Source: Promethearchaeota archaeon
GTDB taxonomy: Archaea > Asgardarchaeota > Thorarchaeia > Thorarchaeales > Thorarchaeaceae
Assembly (NCBI GenBank): GCA_048939765.1
Contig: JBHLPF010000030.1
Coordinates: 3,402 to 47,445, forward strand
Length of the DNA: 44,044 nucleotides
Reading direction: 5' to 3'
The translations under genes were made by a program, and so were the position numbers. Shown piece after piece: positions 1 through 11,044 of this stretch (positions are counted from its first letter, which is position 1; each line of letters begins with the position of its first letter). A model generated the notes under the pieces. It did not search any database, had not been told where the DNA came from, and saw nothing but the letters and a program-made list of their open reading frames with translations.

Positions 1-1197
1 TCCCATTGGGCAGTTGATTATGGGGAATATGATACGTATATGAGAAACCACACATGCGGTACAGGTCCTTACATGTTGACTGAGTGGAGACCGAACGAGT
101 TTCTTAAGATTGAGATTTTCGATGACTACTGGAGAAAAGATGCCACTGAGGCAGCTATTATTCCACCATCCTACGCAGGCGTCATCAAGACCGTTCTCTA
201 CAAGACCAACTTGGATACGACTGATAGAATGCTCAATCTGAGAACTGGTCTCGCTGACAGTGTATATTGGCCACTAGATTCTGCATACGAAGCTTTGGAC
301 AACGATACCATGATGTCCAGCGATCCAAATCTCTACGTATCCTATAGCGGCGCGGAGTATACCATAATGGCCTTGGCTTTTCAATTCAATAGAGTGAACA
401 TCTCACGTGGCGGGGTATGGAAGGAGATTGATAGTCCGTTTCGTTTCAGGGAATTGAGGAAATGTTTCGCATATGCTTTTGACTATCAGGAGGCTATAGA
501 CAGGGTGCTTAACGGATGGGGTATACAGGCCAGGGGGTTCATACCCCAAGGAATGTTTGGTCACAACTCGACACCCTGGCAGGAGGAATACAACCTGGAT
601 GAAGCAGTTGCGTGGTGGAACCAAGCAATGAACCAACCAGGCTTCGTGGAGAATATCAACGCTTTGGAGGGCTACATTGATCTCTATCATGGAACTGGGA
701 ATATAATTCGCACATGGGCTTTGAGGCTAATGAAAGCCTTCAATGAAGTAGTTGCCCATCCCAGTGCCAATCGAACCGGAATTATAAATCCCCCAGAGGT
801 TAGGGTTAATCTTGTGGAGTGGGCTCAGTATCTTGAGAAACAAGACAATGGAGAGTTCTTCATGTGGCTAATAGGACGGACTCCCAATTGTGCAGATCCC
901 GATGATTCCGCGATTCCATTTGTGTACTCCCAGTGCACATTCATGAAAGATAGTGGATACGATAACCCACAGGTCGATTATTTGATTGAAGCTGCGAGGA
1001 ATTCCACGTCTTCCCTTGAAAGATTGCACCTTTACAGTCAACTTCAGGAAATTGTAGCTTTTGACCAGCCTAGTGTGTATATCTATCAGCCAAGAGAATT
1101 CAGAGTGTATAGATCATGGTTGGCAGGTCTAGGTATGATTTGGAACCCAATGCACGGATACTACTGGTACCACATCTACAAGGACTACCTATCATAG
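1..1197 (+). CDS. ABC transporter substrate-binding protein, family 5 (DppA/OppA-like), 5'-truncated by the window edge
   Basis: Frame is open from base 1 (SHWAVDYGEYDTY then M at 40). Motifs CGTGPYML.EW..NE, ELRKCFAYAFDY, GFIPQGMFGH, ADPDD and Y.QLQEIVA.DQP.VY are typical of SBP family 5. Confidence 0.88.
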   Translation, partial: SHWAVDYGEYDTYMRNHTCGTGPYMLTEWRPNEFLKIEIFDDYWRKDATEAAIIPPSYAGVIKTVLYKTNLDTTDRMLNLRTGLADSVYWPLDSAYEALDNDTMMSSDPNLYVSYSGAEYTIMALAFQFNRVNISRGGVWKEIDSPFRFRELRKCFAYAFDYQEAIDRVLNGWGIQARGFIPQGMFGHNSTPWQEEYNLDEAVAWWNQAMNQPGFVENINALEGYIDLYHGTGNIIRTWALRLMKAFNEVVAHPSANRTGIINPPEVRVNLVEWAQYLEKQDNGEFFMWLIGRTPNCADPDDSAIPFVYSQCTFMKDSGYDNPQVDYLIEAARNSTSSLERLHLYSQLQEIVAFDQPSVYIYQPREFRVYRSWLAGLGMIWNPMHGYYWYHIYKDYLS

Positions 1198-1266
1198 GAT
1201 TGCTCCCGATTACGCATTCAGCTATGCATAAGTGGACAGTAGTCCAAGACATGGTGAGGAAACCAA

Positions 1267-1548
1267 GTGATACCACTCTTGACGCAGCTGCAGATGGCTA
1301 TGGTCCTGCCATTTGTGTTGGGACTATTCTACATCAAGCAGAGGAGAGATCTCGCCATGAAGAATTCACATCTGCTGGGCAAGGCGTCCATCACGGTGGG
1401 AGGGCTTTTGGTTGTCTGGTCATTCCTCCTGGTGCTCTATGTTGTTCCGACCTTCATTCTTGCTGAGCTGGGGCAGGCCTTGTTTGGTCTCTTTGTCAGC
1501 TTGATTGTCTGGAGCGGCATTATTCGCGACTATCTTAGAATGAAATGA
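1267..1548 (+). CDS. Small hypothetical membrane protein (about 3 TM helices)
   Basis: 93-aa ORF with three hydrophobic segments. GTG start preceded by GGTGAGGA SD-like sequence; fills the intergenic gap. Confidence 0.6.
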   Translation: MIPLLTQLQMAMVLPFVLGLFYIKQRRDLAMKNSHLLGKASITVGGLLVVWSFLLVLYVVPTFILAELGQALFGLFVSLIVWSGIIRDYLRMK

Positions 1549-1628
1549 TTCTGAGATACCACTCAAGTGAACTGCGATAGGAACGGACTATAGATTTAAA
1601 CTCGAATAGGGCTATAGAGGGCGGGAGA

Positions 1629-3641
1629 TTGCAGATGCACCGTAGGTTCGTCGTCTACTCATTTATTATAGCAACTTCTTTGTTCTCTCTATTCGCCCAA
1701 GTCCCTGCAACTACAATTGGCACTTGGAGGAGCAATGAAAGAATAGAACAGACCAGCTTTCTGCTACCGTCATCACTCACAGCCCATAATCCAATAACTG
1801 TAGATGGCGACCAGAACTTCACCAACACCGCTCTGGCTGAAGGATGGCAAGGTAATGGGTCCTCACAAAATCCGTATATTATTGATACTCTTGAAATTGA
1901 CCGAGGGGGTGCACCAGGTCATTGTATCAGTATAAGCAACACTCGTGTCAACTTCACAATCAGCAACTGTCACCTCACTGGGGCATCTATTGATCCTGGG
2001 GCTGGCGTCTTCCTCAACAATGTATCATATGCAGAAATCATCAACAACAATTGCAGTTCCAATCGGTTTGGGATTAGCTTGGCATCAAGGTCGGACCACA
2101 ACTCCATTATCAATAACACATGCAATGGCAACAATCGAGGAATAAAGGTAGTTTCTAGCTATTACAATACTATTGAAGGCAACTTCTGTGACGGCAATGG
2201 AGATGGAATATACCTGATTGGATCAGAAAGCTGCCAAGTGAATTGCAATTGGGTGAATAATAGTGCATGGTCCGGAATTCATTTCGAAGGTGTTGATATT
2301 GGTTCCATTACAAACAACACATGTCAATATAATGGCCAATCGGGCATTGAATATGTTGCTTCCGATCGTGGCTTCATCGCTAACAACACCTGCAGAAACA
2401 ACACATGGTTTGGGGCATACCTATTCTTTTCATCCAATTCAATTTTCACAAACAACACATTCGTGAATAATGGCTATGGTATATTCATTGAGTCCGGACC
2501 CTCCTCCTGTGTTTTCACATGGAACATTCTCGAAGCTAATAGGAATCTCAACGCTGAGGATCACGGCGATACTCCAGGTGAGATTATGTATAACTACTGG
2601 TCAGATTATGCAGGTAACGACTCAGACAATGATGGGATTGGAGACACACCTCATGTGCTACCTGACGCAATAGATCCGTATCCATTGATATATTACCCAA
2701 CTCCACCAAGGTGGATTTCAATCCCCCAAGATGTCGAAATTGAGCAAAGTGATGAGATATTCCACGCATTTTACAGCGCCTTCGCTCCAGCACCTCTTAC
2801 CTGGTGGGTGAGTGACGGAGTTCACTTCGCAATTGATGACTCTGGCCATCTGATTTCCCTGTATTTCTTGGAAGCGATCACCTACGACCTCAGGATTGTT
2901 GTGAGCAATATCTATGGGCTAGCCATCTCTGCCGATATTACAATTAGAGTGACTGAGGACATTTCACCGAGTTGGATGATTGCTCCCCTTAATCAGACAA
3001 TTGAACGTGATGAAGCATTCGACTACTATGTGGCAGCTATCGACTCCTCTGGAATCGCAAAATGGATCCTCCTAAGCTCGTCTTATTTCACTCTGACAGA
3101 GTATTACTTTGAGGGTGGAAGCACAGCCCGTTTGACAAACACTTCTGTTCTAGCTTCTGGTACCTATTTGCTCAATATCAGCGTCTTTGATACTCACGGC
3201 AACAAACTTTCAGCTCTATTGTACGTAACTGTCAAGCAGCCCGCTGTTGATACAACATCGCCGTCTTGGGTCATAGCATCACTAACTCACACTCTCGAAT
3301 TCGGTGAATTACTATCAATACAGATGGGAGCATGGGATGCATCAAGTATCGACCATTATTGGATAAACGATACAGTCAACTTTGCTATTGATGAATCAGG
3401 TCTAATTACAAATGCCATAACACTTCAGGTAGGCGAGTATAGCTTAGAAGTCAGAGCATATGATCCGTCTGGCAATTATTGCTCAGTCATTCTCATTATC
3501 ATAGTGGTGCCGCCTAGGCTCACACTTCCCCTAGATGTCTTTGCCGCATTGAATCTTGCCGCAGGGATGGGATTTACCGTCGTTGTGATCGCCGCAATCG
3601 TCTTTTTCCGGAAATGGCAATCCAAGACAGAAGAATCGTGA
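1629..3641 (+). CDS. Cell-surface protein: NosD/CASH parallel beta-helix, Ig/cadherin-like repeats and C-terminal TM anchor
   Basis: N-terminal signal-like hydrophobic segment, GNGSSQNPYII motif, repeated NNTC..N..GI beta-helix turns, NYWSDYAG.D.DNDGIGDTP motif, about three beta-rich repeats (FAIDDSG / FAIDESG), C-terminal TM followed by RKW. Confidence 0.8.
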   Translation: MQMHRRFVVYSFIIATSLFSLFAQVPATTIGTWRSNERIEQTSFLLPSSLTAHNPITVDGDQNFTNTALAEGWQGNGSSQNPYIIDTLEIDRGGAPGHCISISNTRVNFTISNCHLTGASIDPGAGVFLNNVSYAEIINNNCSSNRFGISLASRSDHNSIINNTCNGNNRGIKVVSSYYNTIEGNFCDGNGDGIYLIGSESCQVNCNWVNNSAWSGIHFEGVDIGSITNNTCQYNGQSGIEYVASDRGFIANNTCRNNTWFGAYLFFSSNSIFTNNTFVNNGYGIFIESGPSSCVFTWNILEANRNLNAEDHGDTPGEIMYNYWSDYAGNDSDNDGIGDTPHVLPDAIDPYPLIYYPTPPRWISIPQDVEIEQSDEIFHAFYSAFAPAPLTWWVSDGVHFAIDDSGHLISLYFLEAITYDLRIVVSNIYGLAISADITIRVTEDISPSWMIAPLNQTIERDEAFDYYVAAIDSSGIAKWILLSSSYFTLTEYYFEGGSTARLTNTSVLASGTYLLNISVFDTHGNKLSALLYVTVKQPAVDTTSPSWVIASLTHTLEFGELLSIQMGAWDASSIDHYWINDTVNFAIDESGLITNAITLQVGEYSLEVRAYDPSGNYCSVILIIIVVPPRLTLPLDVFAALNLAAGMGFTVVVIAAIVFFRKWQSKTEES

Positions 3642-3729
3642 CAACCCTATGAAAATGGTTTATCCCGAAAGCCTTTATTCATAGTTAGTATGATGACGAA
3701 AGCACACAGAGGAATGGCCGTGAGCTATT

Positions 3730-4461
3730 ATGGATGGAGAGATTATCGTTACGCGAGAAGACCCGATTGCAATAGTGACAATATCCCGACCAAACAAACT
3801 CAATTCAGTAACCTATGATATGTTCGTTTCATTTGAGGAGAAGGCCTCGCAATTGACAAACGACCCTGATGTTGCGGCGATCATCTTCACTGGTGTGGGT
3901 GAGAAGGCGTTCTCTGCGGGCTTTGATATGGAGATGATGATGGGCCTCGCCCCCGATGCCTATATGGACTTCTTTCTCCTGCTAGAAAAGACAACAAAGA
4001 CGATACGAGAGGCCAAGAGCTGCATCACTCTTGCAGCAATAAATGGATTTGCAGTCGGATTTGGTGCCATGGTTGCCTCCGCCTGTGACTTCCGATTCTT
4101 CTCTAGAACAGCGGCGTTCCGTTTTCCAGAGATTGATCTCAGTATCTTTCCCGGAATGGGTGCGGCCTCGAATCTCCTCCATCTTGTAGGCCCATCCAGA
4201 GCAAAGGACCTCTTGCTCTCAGGCAGAACGATTGAAGCCGAAGAGGCTTTGAGGATTGGCCTTGCGGATAGAGTCTTCGACCATGCTGAGCTACTGGTGA
4301 AGACAATGGAATTCGCTAAGGAATTGACTCAGAAGGATAGAAAGATTCTGTTTCGAACAAAGACGCTAATCGATGGAATAACTGGAAAGACGGTTTTCGG
4401 CGCTGCTGAGATGGAATCAGCTTACAGCGAGGAGTGGCTTAGAGAAAAACGAGACGGGTGA
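3730..4461 (+). CDS. Enoyl-CoA hydratase/isomerase (crotonase) family protein
   Basis: IVTISRPNKLNS, GEKAFSAGFD, AAINGFAVGFG, ACDFR, FPEI and AEEALRIGLADRV crotonase motifs. Confidence 0.93.
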   Translation: MDGEIIVTREDPIAIVTISRPNKLNSVTYDMFVSFEEKASQLTNDPDVAAIIFTGVGEKAFSAGFDMEMMMGLAPDAYMDFFLLLEKTTKTIREAKSCITLAAINGFAVGFGAMVASACDFRFFSRTAAFRFPEIDLSIFPGMGAASNLLHLVGPSRAKDLLLSGRTIEAEEALRIGLADRVFDHAELLVKTMEFAKELTQKDRKILFRTKTLIDGITGKTVFGAAEMESAYSEEWLREKRDG

Positions 4462-4468
4462 ATGGATC

Positions 4469-6571
<2,103 letters not shown>

Positions 6572-6718
6572 CTAACATGCCCCATTTCTCACAATAATGT
6601 CGCGAAGATTGCTTTATCAATCCCACTCATGCATTAAATCCCAAAGACTGAGCCAACCATTTCGTTTAATTAGGAATAATGTCCCCAAATTGACCTCTGT
6701 CCAAGTGAGATGATTTGA

Positions 6719-7696
6719 ATGACAAAGAAGGCTGTAGTCGCAATAGGCGGAAATTCTCTCATTCGAGATAAGACGAAGAAGACAGTTCCTGATCAATATG
6801 CCGCCACAGCGGAAACCTGCAAACACATAGCAGATATGATAGCCGAAGGGTGGGATGTGGTCATCACTTCAGGCAATGGCCCGCAGGTTGGGTTCATTCT
6901 TCGTAGGTCCGAACTCTCTGAACATGAACTCCATCCGGTTCCTCTGGATTCCTGCGGAGCTGACACACAAGGTGCAATTGGGTATATGATTCAGCGGGCA
7001 CTTTACAATGAGTTCCATAAGCGCACAATGGACAAGCATGTTGCCACCGTCGTCACACAAGTCAGGGTGGCAAGGGACGATCCCGCATTTGAGAACCCAG
7101 CAAAACCCATTGGCTCGTTCATGGATGAGAAGACCGCAAAGAAACGTGCTGAAGCTAATGGATGGCAGATAAAAGAGGATTCAGGAAGGGGTTGGAGAAG
7201 AGTTGTAGCATCTCCGGTTCCAAGGGAGATCGTTGAGCTTCCAGCAATCGAGACACTCAACAAGAATGGAATCATTGTCTATGCGGTTGGTGGCGGTGGG
7301 ATTCCAGTCGTCGCAGACGCTGATGGCCAACTCGAGGGCGTTGCGGCGGTCATTGACAAGGACCGAGCATCAAGTCTTCTCGCTACCGGGCTTGACGCAG
7401 ACCTCCTGTTGATTTCAACTGCTGTTGAGAAGGTGTATCTCAATTTCGGTCAGGAGAATCAAGAGGCAATAGACAAGATGGATCATATCGAGGCTCAAAG
7501 ATATCTTGAAGAAGGACACTTTGCGCCGGGAAGCATGAAACCAAAGGTCGAGGCCTGTATTGAGTTCATCAAGAATGGTGGCGAGATGGCCATTATCACG
7601 GACCCGCCAAATATCACCAAGGCCCTTCGTGGAGAAACTGGTACCAGGATTGTAGAAGGGCACGCGGTTCCTCCACCCCCGCCAGTAAGACATTGA
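6719..7696 (+). CDS. arcC: Carbamate kinase
   Basis: VVAIGGN, GNGPQVG, GADTQGAIGY, DDPAFENPAKPIG, GRGWRRVVASP, AVIDKD and GSMKPKVEA. Confidence 0.96.
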   Translation: MTKKAVVAIGGNSLIRDKTKKTVPDQYAATAETCKHIADMIAEGWDVVITSGNGPQVGFILRRSELSEHELHPVPLDSCGADTQGAIGYMIQRALYNEFHKRTMDKHVATVVTQVRVARDDPAFENPAKPIGSFMDEKTAKKRAEANGWQIKEDSGRGWRRVVASPVPREIVELPAIETLNKNGIIVYAVGGGGIPVVADADGQLEGVAAVIDKDRASSLLATGLDADLLLISTAVEKVYLNFGQENQEAIDKMDHIEAQRYLEEGHFAPGSMKPKVEACIEFIKNGGEMAIITDPPNITKALRGETGTRIVEGHAVPPPPPVRH

Positions 7697-7742
7697 CCGT
7701 TACATTAATGCTGAAGATTGATGCCGCACTACATGAACTCCT

Positions 7743-8123
7743 ATGAACCGAGAAGTAGTATCATCAGAAAAGGCACCAGAGGCAATAGGTCCCTATTCGC
7801 AAGGTATCAAGGCAAACGGCTTTGTCTTCTGCTCAGGGCAGATACCCTATGATCGAGAACATGAAAAGATGGTTACAGGTTCCATAACAGATCAAACCAG
7901 ACAGGCACTAAAGAACATCAAAGCAGTCCTTGAAGCCGCAGGATCCAGCATGAACAAAGTTGTCAAAGTCACTGTATTCTTGAAGGACATGGATGACTTT
8001 GGCGAGATGAATGCTGAATATGCTAAGTGGTTTGCTGAAACGCCTCCAGCCAGAGCGGCAGTACAAGTGGCCAGATTACCTAAGGATGTTGATATCGAGA
8101 TAGAAGCGATTGCAATCCAATAG
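7743..8123 (+). CDS. ridA: RidA / YjgF / UK114 family reactive intermediate deaminase
   Basis: [23 protein letters not shown] and [24 protein letters not shown]. Confidence 0.96.
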   Translation: MNREVVSSEKAPEAIGPYSQGIKANGFVFCSGQIPYDREHEKMVTGSITDQTRQALKNIKAVLEAAGSSMNKVVKVTVFLKDMDDFGEMNAEYAKWFAETPPARAAVQVARLPKDVDIEIEAIAIQ

Positions 8124-8186
8124 GATGTTGATGCCAATAAAGCCACTGTGCATTTTTACCATGAGAACAAACCTTTTCTAGGGATT

Positions 8187-8223
8187 TTCTAGCGTCCAAA
8201 TCAAGGGTTGGACCACGCTAGAG
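8187..8223. other. Intergenic stem-loop between ridA and the TPR gene
   Basis: TCTAGCGT (8188-8195) pairs with ACGCTAGA (8215-8222), plus an inner CCAA/TTGG stem. Function unknown. Confidence 0.35.
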
Positions 8224-8245
8224 TGTTGACGCTTCTCGTGGGGGT

Positions 8246-8887
8246 TTGAATTTGGCGATAGGAACTGCTGAGTCCCATGGAGTTGTTCAAATTCTTGACC
8301 AGGCTACAGGCCTGATGAAGAAATCAAGATACCTTGAGGCCGCAAATGCCTTGGAAGATGCTTTGACAAAGTACCCCACCAGCAAGGAGATTCTGCAGCA
8401 GCTTGTTGTGTGCAATATTGAGCTCAAGAGACCTCAGAGTGCAATCTACATGCTAGACAGAATTACTAAGACTGCTCCCGATGAACTATCCGCTTGGTCA
8501 GACAAGGGCTTCTTACATCTGCTCCTAAATGAGAACAAAGAGGGGACTGAAGCTCTGACGAAAAGCATTGAATTGGACTCACGAAATGGCTATGTCTGGC
8601 AGTTGCTTGGTCTTGCACATATGGGAGAGGAAAGGTGGGCTGAGGGGCTTGACGCCTTTGAGCGTTCATTGTTGCTGGATCCAAACTCCGCTATCACCTG
8701 GTATAACCGTGCAGTGTGCTTCTTCTTTCTAGAATACTTCCATGAAGCCCTTGCTTCCGTAGAGAGGGCGTATTCGCTGGACCCCGATCTCGAAGCGTTG
8801 GCTGAAGAGTGGGTGACCATCTTGCAGGAAGCGGTAGATGAATTGGGGATTGACTACGTGGATGATTTCGAAGCTCAAGCTAGCTAG
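8246..8887 (+). CDS. Tetratricopeptide repeat (TPR) protein
   Basis: About five TPR units (AWSDKGFLHL, VWQLLGLAHM, TWYNRAVCFF, each ending in a LDP-like turn) and an acidic tail. Start codon uncertain (TTG 8246). Confidence 0.88.
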   Translation: MNLAIGTAESHGVVQILDQATGLMKKSRYLEAANALEDALTKYPTSKEILQQLVVCNIELKRPQSAIYMLDRITKTAPDELSAWSDKGFLHLLLNENKEGTEALTKSIELDSRNGYVWQLLGLAHMGEERWAEGLDAFERSLLLDPNSAITWYNRAVCFFFLEYFHEALASVERAYSLDPDLEALAEEWVTILQEAVDELGIDYVDDFEAQAS

Positions 8888-10841
8888 TGTCTTCCTTTTT
8901 GGATGCCGCTTTGGATTTCTTCTTCCTAGTTGATTTAGGCCGCTTCTTGGGCTTGCTAGGCTCAATTCCATCTAGGATCTCTTGGATGGTCTTTTGTTGT
9001 TCTTTCATCTTGAATTTTGTCGCTGATGCAAGAGCCTGCCTTAGGGCTCCCTGAAGCCGCTCCGACTCAATCTTCTGCTCCTGTGGATCCGTCATTTCCG
9101 CAATAGCATCTCTGCGTTTCGGTAGGACTCGAAGAAAGCCCTCTATAGCCGCCATGGCTTCCTCCTTGCTGACGAGTTCATCCATTGGATCAGTATCGGT
9201 GGCTTCAATGATGCGGCATATCTGCGAATACACCTGCCTGTGTTCATCCAGAGCGGCACTGAGTATTGATTCTACTTCACTTCCAGGTTCTGCGTCCTTT
9301 AGTTTCGCATTTATCTTGGCCATAGCATCATCTAGGAATGCCTTTCGCTCGTTCAGACTAGTCTTCTTTCTTTCCATCCAGCGCCATTCGTTCATGATTC
9401 CATGAGTCAAAGTCAATGCCTGATTGACCGTTTCTCTGTATTCATTGACCTTTGCCATTGCTTCGGTTAATTCAGTTTCCAGAGTATCAGCAACATCAGT
9501 TAGTTGATAACTCAGAATGTCTCCAGCCTGCGCATCGGATAAGACGCGACTCTCCTTGATAGCTCTAGCCGTTTCATCCCAAAGCTTGTCGATCACAGCA
9601 TCTTGGAGCCGAACATGGGTACCCGGCTCGACCTGTGCAGAGATCTGGTTGATTCGCTCTGTCAGGGTCCCCAGCTCTTGAATCTTTGACTTTAGGAGCG
9701 CCCGCCCGAGTCGTTCATTCAACTCCTCTGTTAATTGTTGACGCTCCTCCGGCACTTCCAGCAATGCATGCGTATTATCTATCAGATATTGGAGTGCTTT
9801 CTCGTAGGCGGCAACTGCTTCTTGATGATTCTCCTCGTCGAAGTATCCGTCTCCCTGTCTCTGAAATACTAATACGGACTCTAAGACATCATATGGTGAG
9901 GTTCTAAGAAGGCTCACTCCGTATCGCGACTCACTTGACATGTTTAGATCAAGCGGTACTTCCCCAATAGTCAAAGAAAGAACAAGGATTCCATCAGACC
10001 CGACGGCATACACATGGAGGTGGTCAGCATCGATGTATTCGATTTTATAATTCTCAATTAGGAATCGGCCCATCTCATTTCCTCTGATGAGGTCCCAGGC
10101 TGTGATGAGACCCGAGTTCATTACAGCGACCAGATAGGAGCTGTTTGACCACATAGATACAACAGGATTCGAGGTCTTATTCTGAAGAGTACGAATTAGC
10201 TGCCATTCTACCCTGTCCCATATGCCAATCTCTCCAGATTCAGATCCTATTATTACGAATTCGGGATTGCCAACAATGGCTGTGGGACGAATCTTCTTAT
10301 CGAGTCTTGCTAGCTCTGTGGGTGCCTTATTGGGTTCATGAAGCCAAACTCTGGGCTCTTCCTTCCTGCATCCAGTTAGTATGACCTTATCGTCTGACCA
10401 TAGCGTCGATATGTCAGACTTATGAAGCTGCCAGCTCGAGGTCTCGTGGGTGTCTTTCTTTATAGAAACTAGTCTTCCATCACGTGCGCCGACATAGAAA
10501 CTGTCACCTTGGAGGGTGGATGTAATGGCATGATATGTCAGCTCAAACCATCCGGTCATGCCCCAAGTCTCTTTTTTCCAGACGTATACGCGGCGTTCGC
10601 ACGTAGCATATACTCTGTCGTCATCGACATGAACTACAAGCGGTTCTGTACTGGTTTCTCCAAGCTCCGCTACTAGTTGCCAGTCTTCCTTTGACCAGAC
10701 TCTTACCTTCAGGTCTCTACAGGCAGCGTATAGAAACCTATCATCATGAACAATATGAACTGCATCCACATCTAGGACGGCAATGACTTCATGACCAAGT
10801 GGTAACGCCTCACCTGTGCTGCCTCCTGCAGAGATGGGCAT
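8880..10841 (-). CDS. WD40 beta-propeller protein with MIT/TPR-like helical bundle, coiled-coil region and Lys-rich tail
   Basis: N-terminal about 290 aa with WD-type blades (DLKVRVWS, GARDGRL, GSESGEIGIWD, SGLITAWDL). All-helical C-terminal half ending KPKKRPKSTRKKKSKAASKK. Confidence 0.82.
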   Translation of the reverse strand: MPISAGGSTGEALPLGHEVIAVLDVDAVHIVHDDRFLYAACRDLKVRVWSKEDWQLVAELGETSTEPLVVHVDDDRVYATCERRVYVWKKETWGMTGWFELTYHAITSTLQGDSFYVGARDGRLVSIKKDTHETSSWQLHKSDISTLWSDDKVILTGCRKEEPRVWLHEPNKAPTELARLDKKIRPTAIVGNPEFVIIGSESGEIGIWDRVEWQLIRTLQNKTSNPVVSMWSNSSYLVAVMNSGLITAWDLIRGNEMGRFLIENYKIEYIDADHLHVYAVGSDGILVLSLTIGEVPLDLNMSSESRYGVSLLRTSPYDVLESVLVFQRQGDGYFDEENHQEAVAAYEKALQYLIDNTHALLEVPEERQQLTEELNERLGRALLKSKIQELGTLTERINQISAQVEPGTHVRLQDAVIDKLWDETARAIKESRVLSDAQAGDILSYQLTDVADTLETELTEAMAKVNEYRETVNQALTLTHGIMNEWRWMERKKTSLNERKAFLDDAMAKINAKLKDAEPGSEVESILSAALDEHRQVYSQICRIIEATDTDPMDELVSKEEAMAAIEGFLRVLPKRRDAIAEMTDPQEQKIESERLQGALRQALASATKFKMKEQQKTIQEILDGIEPSKPKKRPKSTRKKKSKAASKKEDTS

Positions 10842-11044
10842 AATTGTATCTCGCTTTTTTCTGTTTTAGTGCTTAAGTCTTTGGTTCTTCGCGTATAAAA
10901 CTCAAATTGGGGCCGAATTGCGCATTCCAGAGTCCACGCGGGATTTGTTGAAAAGGAATTGTTAGTTTATGAAGCAATGCGCGAAACATACTTTTATAGC
11001 TCGAAAAATAGAAGATATCAATCCCCAGGCTGGAGGTAGGCATT
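10842..11044. promoter_or_regulatory. Divergent archaeal promoter region for the WD40 gene and the helical-repeat/tubulin-like operon
   Basis: TATA-like TTTTATA on the - strand (about 10894-10900), TTTTATA on the + strand (10992-10998) preceded by purine-rich GCGAAA, and SD GGAGGT at 11032-11037 before TTG 11045. Confidence 0.6.

Noticed and set aside
8124-8245. Possible SECIS element or tRNA
   Set aside because: No SECIS AUGA/AA/GA spacing, no cloverleaf and no in-frame UGA gene noticed nearby.
8880-8887. CTAGCTAG palindrome at the TPR/WD40 junction
   Set aside because: Explained by overlapping TAG stops of convergent genes.
10915-10985. GCGCATT / AATGCGC inverted repeat in the divergent promoter
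   Set aside because: Only 7 bp with a spacer of about 50 bp; could be chance.
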